A stretch of 64,000 nt of DNA from Convolutriloba macropyga (Eukaryota). The stretch covers positions 3,782,001-3,846,000 of the forward strand of contig NC_134471.1 of NCBI RefSeq assembly GCF_964194025.1, given 5' to 3'. Position numbers and translations under genes: made by a program. This document shows, in pieces, positions 38,679 through 50,949 of the stretch. Positions within the stretch are counted from its first letter, which is position 1. The number at the start of each line of letters is the position of its first letter. Below the pieces are notes generated by a model, which saw only the letters and a list, made by a program, of their open reading frames with translations, did not search any database and had not been told where the DNA came from.

Positions 38679-39303
38679 CTAGTGCTTTGTAGTTACGTCT
38701 GCAGCAGCTTTCTTTCTTTTACTCTGCGAAAGTCGCTTGTTCTTTTTACGATTTTCTTGATATCGTAGTCGTAGCCTCTTAAAGTTGTCAGAAATTTGAC
38801 TTCCAAGAACGGTCTGACGTGTAGTTTTTGGATAGGGTTTGGTGTAGTCGGGATTGTTCTGCTTCTGCTTTGACAGAAGATCCTTTGTTAGGTGAAGTAC
38901 TGGGATTCGGAGTTTCAGTAGGTCTTTGAAGAGGTCGGGAGCTGTGGACGTTGGCGTCTTTCTCTGGACGTATACGATTCCCACCAGGTTTGGGATTCGT
39001 TCCAGTTCCTTTCCCGTCGTAATTGGGGTCCTGGGATGCTTAGGGTGGGATGTCACGCTGTTGTTGATGACGTCGTGCCACAGGATCACCGGTGACTCGC
39101 GGGGGATGTTGATATCAAAGACACTTACTGGGCTGGGCATCTGGATAAACACTCTGACCTGGGACTGACTCAACGCGTATTGGGAGGGTCCTTCTGACCT
39201 CTGGTGACGTCTTGAGGATCACACTTCTACCAAATCGCTCTCGAGTGGCAGGGTATTTGTCAAGAGCTCTGCTCAGTGAACTGGCAGCTATCACGAATTG
39301 CAT
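38679..39303 (-). pseudogene. Extra upstream ORF A of the LINE (WHDVINNS type, possibly SGNH-like), frameshifted
   Basis: Joining frames gives MQFVIAASSLSRAL...SVPGQSVYPDAQPSKCL...PVILWHDVINNSVTSHP...LVGIVYVQRK...APDLFKDL..LRIPVLHLTKDLLSK. Confidence 0.55.
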
Positions 39304-39329
39304 ATGGGACCACAACTGCTGTCCCACAA

Positions 39330-39824
39330 AGTCAATATATCTGAAGCTATTTAATAATATCTGAAACTGTTTTGTGAGAAGTTGCCTCTGAATTTGATTT
39401 ATCGTGGTCTTCTTGCTTCGAAACTTGTACGAAATGTTCGGGGTCTCAAGGTGTTGAAGTTATACAATATTAGCGATTCTGTGCTTCAACTGGTTCTTTT
39501 TGTTAACTATTTCCCGAACAGTAAGTTTTCCTACTTTTTTTGTTTATTTGGTCACCGCCAGATGTTGATGCATCCCTGTTAGATGATGATAGGTTTCGGT
39601 TTCCCTTCAAGTAGGTGTGCAGCTGTTCCGGATTTCGAGGTCTTGGGTTGTGGTAATTGAAACTGAAGCATCTCACATCGGAAGTGTGTCTGCAGAGCTT
39701 CTTTTTCAGGCTTTTGGGATCGTCTCGAAGGGCGTTGTCGAGTTGAATTGTACCAAGGATAAACATGCAAACAAGCTAGTCTTTACAAACTCTTTCGGGA
39801 GATCCACTTACCAATCGCAGACAT
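39330..39824 (-). pseudogene. Extra upstream ORF B, apparent paralog of ORF A, frameshifted
   Basis: MFILGTIQLDNAL...FSFNYHNPRP...KPIII*QGCINIW...HRIANIV*LQHLETPNISYKF...QIQRQLLTKQ aligns block by block with ORF A. Confidence 0.45.
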
Positions 39825-40119
39825 AACTCCAGAAACTATATAATAAGTTTGTCACAACAATCAGTTTATTTCAATAAATAACTAATATTAAGATAGCATG
39901 TAAATTTAATATTTGGCTATAACAATTTATTTGTTTGAGATTTTTTCTTAAAAAGAAAATAAAATTGGCTGGTCTGTGGTCCTCCTAGCATTACGTTGAC
40001 ATGAAGTCCTTTGTTTTTTTTGAGTTTTTCTTTAAAATGTAGATTGTTAAATATGAGGACAAATAATGTCTATTGAGAGGCAAAGATTGAATGAGACCAC
40101 AGCAAAACACGCCTTCTAA

Positions 40120-40245
40120 ACTTCAATAGAAGGATAAAGGCGTCTACTGATCTACTATGACAATTGAAAACCAACAGAACCTTGGGCTCAATTTTTCTGC
40201 GAATCTGTCTTGGAATGAAAACTGCTCATTCAGGAAGCAATGAGA
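40120..40245 (+). mobile_element. Short LINE RT C-terminal fragment
   Basis: QQNLGLNF/SANLSW remnant resembles the KDLG..NLSW region of CR1-like ORF2. Confidence 0.4.
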
Positions 40246-41226
40246 AGGGAAGCAACGAAGTGAGCAGGGAAGCAACGAAGTGAGATAGGGTATTTTGAAA
40301 GGCACATTAATATGAGTTAAACCAACAGCCTTCAGTAGACAACCATTCCTATTGAGGCGTCAAAATTTTTGGACTCTTTTTGTGTTTTGGAGCCTTCGAT
40401 GAACAGTATTGAGCAGAGAATTTTCTCAGATAGCTGGGAGTTCGAATGCTTAAAATATTTGAACGAAAATTAAGTCTACTCAATTTAAGCCCTCCAGTTT
40501 GGTGGGTGCATTTTATTTGCATCCCCTGGAGGAAAGTGACATTTTTTCAAATAAAGAATTACTTTTGTTGTAATAATTGTTGTGATCAACTTATTAGTTA
40601 GTTCAGTTTTATTTTGATTGGAGGATTGCCGTTGAAACATCTGCATGTCTCTTTCCAGGTGATGAGACTATTCGCTGCACAGATACTCCACTAGAATACA
40701 CAAGTTTTATTAATTGGTACATCCAGGACAAAATTTATTGAAGAAAGCGCAATCGGAGAAAGCATCCAGTCATATAACAGAGCTATTCTAATCGACCACT
40801 TCAATGTAGGCAACCAGTACCCTCCCCTCAATTTGATATCAGTATGCAATGTTGCAGGATTCAATAATCACCACTACTACCTGCTCCCAATTCATTGAAT
40901 AATTCAAAGCTCTGTGGGGCATTATAGGGTGTAATATTCAACCGCTTATTGTCGTCTCCCGTAAAAACTTTGCTACATCAAATAATAAATTAATTTACTT
41001 GAAAAAATACTACTTGGGGCTCTGCACCAATTTCTTTTTTTTAAAAATAAAAATCATTTAATTGTTTCACCATTTTTTCTTGTCGAGATTGTAGTCATTT
41101 CTCATTTTACGGTAACTAATTGTTTACCTTGTAACTGCGTAATGTGACATTTTTTTGCAATGAACTACATGCATAGTTTTTTATCTTTATCAAAAATCTA
41201 TAGTTGATGAGCAGCTTTCTCTGACA

Positions 41227-43280
41227 ATGTCAGGTACTCAAAACGATTGCTCAATGTTTTCTATTCACCTCCGCGGAGTTGGTCTTTCGTGCTACTGTTG
41301 CGGCACATATATGCATATCAAATGCAATGGCCTATTAATTAAAAACGATCACCATCCAGAATTTTTTTTTGCAAACACTGAAGTGATCATGCAAAAACTG
41401 AACAGCTAAAAATAGACCCACACCCTCAACCGGGGCACAATGGAACCATGCGACTTTTACAAAAAAAAATTCAAGACAATCAAAGGGAGACTCGGGAAAA
41501 TCTACAAGGAACAAAATCGCTAGAAACCAATCCCATTTACTATTAAAAATCAAAAGGTAGTAAAACTATCCTTCTGATTATTGCCAGGAACCCATTAAAC
41601 AGCTTGAATGGAGATCTGGCTCTAAAGAACATCAGAATACTTTGTCTCTTCATTTATACGGCAGTGTGAAACTCCTATAAGACCCGATCAGACCTTCACA
41701 TTGATTAAAAAAACCAGGTCTCAAGAAGGAACAAAACAAGGTGACCCTATAGCTATGCCAATGTACGGCGTGACTATCTTTTTTCATGGACTTGCTTGAA
41801 GATCAAAATTTGACTCATAAATGGTAAGCAGATGAAAGTAATGTGGTCGGTAGCCTTCAATCACTACGAATCGTGCTAGATAAGTGCAATAAAGAAGGAG
41901 TTGCATTTGGTTATAGTTTAATCAAATGTCAACTCATAACAAAAGCGGAGTTTGTTGGAAGGGCAACACAAACTTCGGGAATAGATTTAGATCTTTTTGA
42001 TGGTCATCGGTTTCTGGGTAAATCTTTTTGTTCTGATAGCTGAAATTTTTTTATGATAGGAAAATTCTATGAACCAAACTAACTAGCCAAAGAATTTTCC
42101 GACGAATGGGGGTGTACAGATATATTACAAATGGACTGCAAAAAATTGACTTTTATTGCCAGGACTACTTTTATTGCTGGGACTACTTTTTTGATAGGAT
42201 TATTTATTGCCAGCACTACTCAAAACATGAACAGTCTGCTGAGAGAAGCCAGAAAATAAATGAAAAATTTCGTATCTCTTCTTTGTTTATCCCTCTTTCT
42301 TACTATGACAAATATTGGAGGATTTTCTCTTCCGGTTGAAGTACGTGGCCTGAGTATTCCTCTAGTTGAAGACAGTGCAAACAAATACAAAGGATCTTTT
42401 CGCATATGTAAGCCGTTACAGAATCAAAACGCTGTAGATGCAGAATTTAATAAGGAAAAAAATCCTTCAGAAAATGCGAAATGTATAACAAAAACAGGCT
42501 CGAGCGAAAACGATGGCTTTTAAAGTTCTCATCTATGGCAATGAAGCTTACTCTCTGTATTTGGCTTTGGATCATTTCGATTAAACCATGTGACAGTTCA
42601 GAGATGGAACTGACCTTAAATATGGATAGGATCCCGTAAAATTGCCATCAACATGCACCTGGGAGAAATTTTTAATGTAGCAAATGCTCTTCATTGCCTA
42701 AAAGATGGCTATGCGCACATCAGACACATTGATATCCATACCCGTGACTTCTTTGCCAAACTGCTCAATGGGATCTGCAATGATGTTGAAGTTGAGCCCA
42801 GTCTTCAGTTTTGCAAGATGAAACCTTCGCAAATAGAAGAACCACTGCTGATGACGACAATCTACTAGATATCAAAGCTATTGACTTCTTCGCATTAAGT
42901 TTCAGCAGTATATTCTTTGATGTGAAAGTCTCTTATCCATATGCTATGAACACCGGATTCCTACAAATATCACGAGTCCATCAAGAAGCTGAAATACAAA
43001 GAAAGGATAATTGAATTCGAGAAAACCGTTTTCTGTCCGTAAATCTTTTGATGTACCGGAGGAGCCGTTCTGTGAGTATCAAAAACCATCTAGAGATTAA
43101 CTTCCAGGATCAACAATAAGGAAAAAGAATGGTATTCAGACGTGATTATGTACACTTGGACAAAAAAGTTTGGCGCTTTTGCTTAGCTCTGTACTCTGCC
43201 TCCGTGGCGCATGATTCCATGGCCCTGCTGTTGATGCTTTAATGGCAATTTTTGTAGAGGAAGGGAGGCGGTTATCCTAA
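41227..43280 (+). mobile_element. Decayed CRE-clade-like non-LTR retrotransposon (N-terminal Cys/His finger, RT, restriction-like endonuclease)
   Basis: CYCCGTYMHIKC; GTKQGDPIAMPMYGV; W*ADE; NALHCLKDGYAHIRH..RDFFAKLL..ICNDVEVEPSLQ; DIKA..FFDVKV; LCLRGA. Early RT domains appear to be deleted. Confidence 0.85.
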
Positions 43281-44454
43281 ACGTTTCTATATATATTTTC
43301 TAATTTTGATTCAAATCACTACACTGATTTAATCCCTACAGATTATATGTTTGATTGCTATTTGTCATATCTATTTTGGATATTCTTTTTCTTTTCACTT
43401 TCTCCATTTTTCGTTTCTGATGCCATATCAGTAAAATGGGGGATACTTTTTGGTATGATTAGCATTTCAGCACTCACTAACTGACAACCAAACGAGAATA
43501 TTTGGAAAGATAATTAGTTGAAATAATTAGCACAGTAAAGGACGACCCCAATAATTTGCTTCAACTAGGAACCGATGCGCATAAAATTCGGAGTTCACAA
43601 TGGAAAAAAGGGATAAATAACATTAATTAGCCTTCTCGGACGACGAGGCAGTCTAAGTTGATAAAGATTGAAAATACTCTGTAAATGGTAATAAAAACCT
43701 CCAGCATAAGAAAAATACTAATGAGGGTTCTATCCATAGACACTTTTTCGATATACAAGCAACCAACAAAGCCCTAAAAAACAACGAATACATAAGTCCA
43801 CAATTTTCTTTGAGTATAGAGGCCAGTCACGCATTAGACTTAAAGAAAAGCTACGAAAAAAACGCATCCTGCACAGGTCTTTAGAACACGGAAACTAAAG
43901 ACCTGCTTGCCTTACTTAAAATCTAGTTTCAACGAGAATGTAAAATTGCTCCTGGTTACAAAATATTTGGTAGTGGATGAATTTACACCTATTTTGGGCA
44001 AACATATAACTATGGCAGAATATCAAAAAAAGGTCAGCATTATATCACGCGCGTTTGGTTGGCTTATACAAAATCAGTGCAATGTGACACAAAAAATCAT
44101 GACTCTCGAAGCAATACATATAGCACAAAGGAGGCTATTGCTGAACACGTGCGATAAGTACCGAAGCCAGTAGTTAACTTTGAAAAACTGGTTAACGGTT
44201 ATCGTGTTGCTCAATTCGAAATTTTTATTGAGCGATTCAAAACATTGAAATGTTCCAAATTGTTTCCGAAACGGTAGAAAGCCACTAAAAACTTCAAAAA
44301 TCTAAATTCAACGATCTTGAATGAAATATTAAAAACGAATTGGAAAACGAAATTTCAGAACTTTTTGTTTTCTTGATAAACAATATTCCCAGAACCTCTT
44401 ATTTTTCTGTTTTTTTTTTAATTAATTGAAATGAAATCATTTCAATTGTAAATA

Positions 44455-44661
44455 TAGCGCGTCCCATAAAGTTGAACTAAGCGAACGTTTCAAAAACCAC
44501 AGGTTAGAGTTCAAAGTTCAGTTTTAAAACATGTAGAAAAAATTGATAAATGAAATCTTAATGGAAAACACATTGACATTCAAATGACCACATTGATGCT
44601 CAATTGCACGTTTTTTGCGCTTTTCGAACGTTCGCTTATTTCAACTTTATGGGACAGACTA
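44455..44661. mobile_element. MITE with ~35-bp TIRs and TA target duplication (Tc1/mariner-type)
   Basis: TA|tagcgcgtcccataaagttgaactaagcgaacgtt ... aacgttcgcttatttcaactttatgggacagacta|TA. Confidence 0.85.
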
Positions 44662-45150
44662 TAGAATAACTCTAAGTTGCATTTTTCATGATGCTAGATA
44701 TAGCTGCAAACAAGGAATTGTCAATAAAAAATTAAATTGAATTAACAATGTTTTTGGAACATCGCTTTCATCGTCATGTTTAACAATCGAATGAAGTTTT
44801 CCACAAAGTTTATAAACTTGTCTTTGACTCTATCTCTTGAATTCTAAGAAATGAGTTAAAATAACAAAAAAATTTTGAAAATATTCAAAGTTAAGACCAT
44901 ATTAACATTTTATTTACATTTATTACGCCGAAACTAGCTCAATCTTTGTTCCGGAGTTTTTGAAAATCCCGGGTATATTGTATTCTATTCCTTAAAAGGA
45001 GTTTTTAACTTTCAATGAGATATAGCGAAAACTTTTGATACATTTAATTAGATATAGCGAAAACGTTTGTACATTAGATTTTTATAATTGAATTACCTTT
45101 TTAACATCTGATGCTAAAAATTTTGACTGCTTCAGGATTTATAAATATGA

Positions 45151-45313
45151 TTAGGAGTTGATTTGCTGCCCCCGAGTTGACCGACTACCCTTTTAGGGGA
45201 GGGACTTTCTAATTGACCTCTCTTTGAAATACTTTGTAATGACACGTGCTTTGTAACGGGGGGGGGGGGGGGGGTGGCATAAGGTACTGGGAAGGCACAA
45301 ACGGAAAGATCCC
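45151..45313. mobile_element. Second, diverged copy of the same MITE family
   Basis: Shares tgtaatgacacgtgct..gtaac-polyG-gcataa..gtactggg..ggcacaaacggaaagatccc with 45884-45957. Its left half recurs at ~57915-57985 and ~60260-60315; a left-end fragment of the family lies at ~52679-52760. Confidence 0.65.
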
Positions 45314-45783
45314 ACATGTAACTCTGAAGCCGACTGCTAAACATCTCAGATTTGCTGAGCTGCGCGAAGAGCACCCGTGTCTATACGTGAAATAGTAGCG
45401 CGGGACCATCTTATAATATGGAGCGTTAAAGTGATGAATGCCCTGGATCAAAGCCGATTGTTAACTGGCTCAACATGCATCTCTAAATGAGGGCCGAGGC
45501 TGTAGAAGAACTGCAAGGCCATAATTATTAAAGACTCGTCGAGAATGGGTACATATTTCAGCTTGTGGCCTTTGGAATTTTCAGCCTGTGGGCACGGTAA
45601 ATTTTTTTGAATATATGCAGAAAGTTGATTGAAACTACTCACGATAATTAATGACGTCTCCCTAACATTTTGTGCATGTTAATTGGCAATAATAACATTA
45701 AATAAATTCTCGCCGATAAGCCAATGACAATTTCACGCAATTTCAACGCAAAAATTGCTGACTGTGTATCTTAAACGTTGATT

Positions 45784-45956
45784 GGATCTTCTCCGTTTGT
45801 GCCCCCCCCCCCCCAGCTTAGTCGGTGCATATTATTTGCATCCCCCAGACGCACGTGCAATAACTTTACATAATGATTTACTATGTAATGACACGTGCTC
45901 TGTAACTGGGGGGCGCATAACGTACTGGGGGGGGGGGGCACAAACGGAAAAGATCC
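45784..45956. mobile_element. MITE with GGATCTT(C/T)TCCGTTTGTG-polyC TIRs
   Basis: ggatcttctccgtttgtgcccccccccc ... gggggggggggcacaaacggaaaagatcc. Confidence 0.8.
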
Positions 45957-46151
45957 CGTTGATTTTAATCATTTGGTCTTCAAACATTTAATTTTGACGA
46001 GGAGTGTGTAGATGAGGTGTTTTCCCGTACCATTTGTGGACCTGTCTTTTCCTGCATAGTTTGCGCTGCTTCTGTGAATTGGAATTTTCTGGGAACAGTT
46101 TTGTGCAAAAACAACTTGCAGTATATTGTCAAGTGACTTTCTTCAGAGTTT

Positions 46152-46259
46152 ATGAGCTCCTTAATTTTGTTTGGAGCGGGATTGACAGCAGTTGGCCTAG
46201 CAGGCAGACTTCTGATCAAAAGCAGTACAGGAGCGGCATTAGGCGGTGGTTTGTCAATA
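46152..46259 (+). CDS. DNAJC19: Mitochondrial import motor J-protein TIM14/Pam18, coding exon 1
   Basis: MSSLILFGAGLTAVGLAGRLLIKSSTGAALGGGLSI (36 codons) has the Gly/Ala-rich membrane anchor with AGR typical of DNAJC19/15. Donor |gtaagt at 46260 is phase 0, matching the J-domain exon. Confidence 0.88.
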
Positions 46260-46389
46260 GTAAGTGATTTATTGTTTCATACGAGAATCAGATTACTTTA
46301 TGAAGACGAAGAGCTGGGAGGACCCCGGACCATTCAACATATTCACCCACTATTGGGGAGGGGGCGCTTTTTATGATACGGTTTTTTAA

Positions 46390-49300
46390 ATAAAGAATAG
46401 ATTAGAAGGAAGAGGCTGAGGCTTATTAACTAATTGTATAAATCCACTAATTATTTACTAGCTAATTTTAGCTCAATTACCACTAATTATAGTACGCCTA
46501 ACACGCTTGTGTTCGCCTGCACTGGCAGCGCAGGGCCTACATCTACAAGAGCTCTCAAACAGAGCACTGCTAAGATCAGCGAAAACTGCAAGGAACCGTA
46601 CGCAAGGAAACGGACTTCGCTCGATTCTGATAAAACGAGTATTATACAAATATTTATCAAGCGAAACAGCAGCAAATTACGAACCAAACGTATATCAGTG
46701 CTCACGACAGTCTGGCTGCGGTGCCTTTACTGGCCTAGGTTGGCGCCCTATCGTACGTGTAGTGATTGTTTTTCTTTTCTTGACTTGGCACCAGGTCACT
46801 CTCGTGAGGTTTCATTGCCTATTTGTCAAGGAAAGAAAAGAACACTAGCCCCTCTCTGTTTTCCATTGTGTGATTGTTTTGGCTGGCTTTAGGTCACCTA
46901 TCGACAGGTTTCACTGGCAGAAAGCCAAAACAAGCACCGTTCTATTTCCAGATAAAAAGTTCTCGCAGCAATAAATACAAAACGAAATACTGCCAAATTG
47001 AGTTGAAAACAATTAACTATAGCAAATCATCAGTAACGTACAAAAAGTGGGCAATCGAAAATGCAAAACGTGCAATAGAATAATTGATAACAAGGCAGCA
47101 GTTTTTCATTGTATTGCATGCGGAGAATGCATGCACCTAACAAGAAGTTGCACAGGTATGACGAAGCAATGATTGGTATAAGCTCAATAATAAATAACAT
47201 CGTGCTTTTCTGCCAAGATTGCGTCAACCTCAAGGAAAAAGTTGTAATACTGGATCGAATTTTTAAAGCTCAGAGCCAAGTGGATTTTATCTCTGAAGTC
47301 AAGACAGAGATTGGTACAATCAAAGCTGAGGTTCAGAATAGTAACCTGGCCATGAAAGCCCAGCAACGTGAATTGAATGAAGTCATTAATGCACAAACAG
47401 CGCCACCTCCAGAGCAAAAATCGGTACCAAGACCAGTGCAAAATAAAACAAATAAACGGGATCAGTTGACGGTATTGGACTATATGGTATCCCAGAGCTA
47501 AAATTTAACGATAGTCGGAACCGGTATGAACAAGACCTCAAGAAGTGAGAGAAATAGCAAAGCATTTGAAAGTCACCTGAACTGCCACAGACCTAAGAAA
47601 ATAGGAAAATTTACGGACGGAAAAAATCGGACATTTATAGTCAAATTAGGCAGTGACTATTCAAAGCGATTGATTCTGCTATCTCTTCGTAAGCTGAAAG
47701 TCTACGAAAAACCCGTATACATCAGCAGAGAACAAAACCCCGATGAACAAATAATTGAAATTGAATACCTGTAAAAAAGACGAGCCCTTCTCAGAAGCGG
47801 AATAGATGCAAAGCAACTAAGAAGAAGAAATCTCACTCTGCAACAAGGAATTGATAAAATATGGGTGGATGTTCAAAACCTCCGACTCACTTTGACTAGC
47901 TAATCCAGTTTTACATGTAATGACTTTAAATGTTAGATGCTTGATTGAATTAAAAAGAAGAGTTAACTTTGCAAAAGGCCTGAGTTGCGAGAACAATATC
48001 GATATAATCTGTCTGACTGAAACTTGGTTCACAGATGATATACCTGATGAAGCTCTGTTCCAGAAAGTTACACCATTCATCGGAACGACATAGCCTCAAC
48101 CACAAAACAAATCACGGGGGTGATGGTTTCAGTAAAGAACGTACCGCCTAAAAGATTGAATTTAGAACCAGAAATGAGTATGTAGCCAGAAAAGTTGAAC
48201 TCGAAGATCTGTCATAAATAATTTGTTGTTTCTACAATCCACCTAAGACTAGCCATTACAGAGGGAAGATCAAGATGTGTTGGCACTAATTGGTTGCCTT
48301 GGCAGGAAGGTAAAAGAGGAACACTGCAATGCAATAGTAATCTCTGGTGATATTAATTTTGAGAGCAAATTGGACAAGTCTCATAAATTGACAAATATGA
48401 AAACGACGTTAGTTAAAATTTGCTGAAATGCTAAAGATAAAATGCAAAAAGCAACTGGATATCATCATAGAATTAATCCAAACACGATTATTAAGACAAA
48501 TGAAAACAATGAGTTCAACAGGTCATACAGCTCGGACCATCGAGCCAACATAGTATCATTACAATGTGAAATCAAATGCGAAATACAGCCAATGAGACAA
48601 AAATGCGCATTTAATAAAGTAAACTGAAAACAGCTAAACAATCCGCTTTTAATAAATCCATTCCGACCGTTTTGCTTCAGTAACGTTAACGAACTAGTGA
48701 AAGTGGTATCAGTGGCTTGAAAAAATGTTAAATAACAGTGTGCCTAAAACCACATCACATAGATCTAAGTTGCCTCCAAGGGTAAAAAGCAATACCTCTC
48801 ATCTCATGAAGAAATTGTCAACTCTGAAGAGACAAATCTCAAAAAGATCAAGTCTGACAAAACTTATCAAGATTAAGAAAAAGGTCTACGTAAAACTCTT
48901 GAAGCAGATCAAAAGGCTTTTGAAGAAAAAACTTCCACGGAAGAAAATTTTCCGACTTCCAGAAATGTTTACGTTAATACACAAAACAGCGGATTCCCAG
49001 AAACGATGCGGTTCAAAGATTGCACAACTATTAATGATAAACAACAACGTTTTTCTGTAAGTTCTTCACCGTTGTTTTTACAAAAACTGACAGAATTCAA
49101 GAAATTGTTATCGATTTCAAACCCAACCTTTTCAATAAGGTAATAATTGATGAAACAAAAATCAAACAAATCCTTGAAAAACTAGACACAAACAAGGCAT
49201 GAGGTCCCGAAAACATGATGAATCTTATCCCGAAAAAACTTCCAAGCCTTTTGAAGTCTCTCTTAATTGTTTTCAAAACTGCTCTCGTAAAGGGGCCAAT

Positions 49301-50742
49301 TCCCGACCTTTTGAAAAACCCCTGAAGTACCAGTTTTTAAGGACAATGACAAAGCTGACATTGAGCAGTTTAGACCTCTGCATTATCTCAAAAGTCCTAG
49401 AAAAACTGATATTTGACGAATTATACGAAATTGTCACAAGTTTACACTACACGCAGCATATATTCAGACGAAGGCGATCTGTCATCACGCAAATGCTAGT
49501 CTTTCTTAACAAGCTCTATGACTACTACGACGGCAACACGATTGAACTGTACGTATTGTAGTTAGACTTTGAGAAAGCATCTGACAGCGTCCCGCATTGG
49601 CCACTGATGAATAAGGTACAGGGTTTGGGCGTTGGAGATTTTTCCTAAAATGCTCTCAAGTTAATTGACTAACAGAAAGCAATGTAAATGTTTATGAAGT
49701 GATTTCGGAAACAATTAGAGTAACAAGCAGAGTGCCCCAAGATTGGCTACTTGGGCCTTTACTTTTTGTTATCTATATTAATGATCTGCCTCAACAAGTA
49801 GAACAGTGAACCATTCGGCTACGCTGACGATTATAGACTTGTCACAAGCGATCCAGCTACACTCCAAGCCTTTATTGACAAAAATAGAAAAATGGTGCAA
49901 AGAGCAGATGGAATTAAATGAAAACAAATGTTACCTTTACCTATCAAAAAAGAAAACAACTGTAATCTTACGCTAAATGGCAGACAACTGGAGTCAAAAA
50001 TGAACAGAAAGATTTAGGAGTTGTAATGTCAACGAAACTCACCTTTAACTTAATTGTGAAACCCGGTGCTCAAAAGCCTGGAAAGCGTACTATTTCCTGA
50101 AACGAAACGTCTCTACGCAGTCTAATGTAAAAACAAATTTTAATGCATATGCCGGCTATGTTTTACTGCTAATAAACTACGCTTCCTAGTTCTATTGTGC
50201 AAACAAAACTGAAATGAAGGATCGTGAAAAAGTTCAGTGCACAGCTACAATTCGGATTTTGAATTATTGGAGCACTATTTATAAGACCAGCAGACTGGAA
50301 ACCCTCAAGATTTCACCACTTTCAATGTATTTAGAACTTCATGACGTCCTTTTTTTACTGTCGTTTCTCAAAGAGAATTTTGATATCGATCTACCAATAA
50401 GAGTAAATTCAGAGGAAAAATGCTGTGACAAAAACGAGGCAAGAGGATTTTATAGAAGTACAAAAAACACGCACGAAAAAGGCTGACGAGAATTTTTGGA
50501 CTAGATCCAGCCGTCTTTTAAACAGAATTTCCAAACTTACATGTACATTAACATGCGAAGTCAACAAATCTCAATTAACCAAGATCTACTGGAATTACTT
50601 TATCAAGAGTTAGGCAGATTCATTAAATTTATGTTCAGGGACTTTCTTGTGCAATCCAGTCCAGAAAGTCGACTTAGCTGTGAAGTGACGTACCCAAGCC
50701 CCGAATCAGACTGATTCAAAACCACTACTACTGCTACTATTT
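46390..50742 (+). mobile_element. Near full-length decayed CR1/L2-group LINE in the DNAJC19 intron (PHD ORF1, APE+RT ORF2, (ACT)n tail)
   Basis: ORF1 from ~47047: CKTC..CIACGECMH..CTG..CQDC, then YGIPE. ORF2: TLNVR, CLTETW, YNPP, SGDINF, SSDH, LDFEKA, YADD, KDLG. Tail accactactactgctact at 50721-50738. 5' boundary approximate. Confidence 0.9.
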
Positions 50743-50949
50743 CTGTTCTTCGAACAAAGATCAGTTTCGGTCTCGAAGTTGCTTCCTCTACCTCAGAGGT
50801 GTCGGCCGTTGCGAAACAACGAAGCAACGGAAAATTCGTCCTCTGCTATTCTTCATGAGGAGCGGCTCAACGGTTTTTAATGTTTCTTTTTTTGCTTTTG
50901 TTGAAGTTTTGAACGCCAGCAATTGCCGAAGGGTTCTACACGTCTGAAG

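Larger units (their letters stand above)
34710..39850 (-). mobile_element. Near full-length CR1/L2-group LINE: (AAC)n tail, ORF2 (APE+RT), PHD-finger ORF1 and two extra upstream ORFs
   Basis: RT motifs DFSKAFDTVP, VPQGSLLGPLLF, FADDLK and KDLGV; APE motifs QFNARSL, ETWL and DHLPV. ORF1 from 38458 has CVACNCH..CTG..CTAC and RVQGIPED. (ttg)n at 34710-34731. Including 38500-39850 in the element is an inference. Confidence 0.9.

Noticed and set aside
40245-40285. Short direct duplications (agggaagcaacgaagtgag x2; similar cases at ~51640-51705 and ~6148-6183)
   Set aside because: Ordinary local slippage duplications with no sign of function.
43540-44200. Possible coding remnant (ORF 43907-44173)
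   Set aside because: No recognisable motif or splice structure.
46434-46892. Extra upstream ORF in the plus-strand LINE, homologous to the WHDVINNS ORFs
   Set aside because: Only faint resemblance (STRALKQ; WHQ in another frame) and the conserved blocks are not recoverable.
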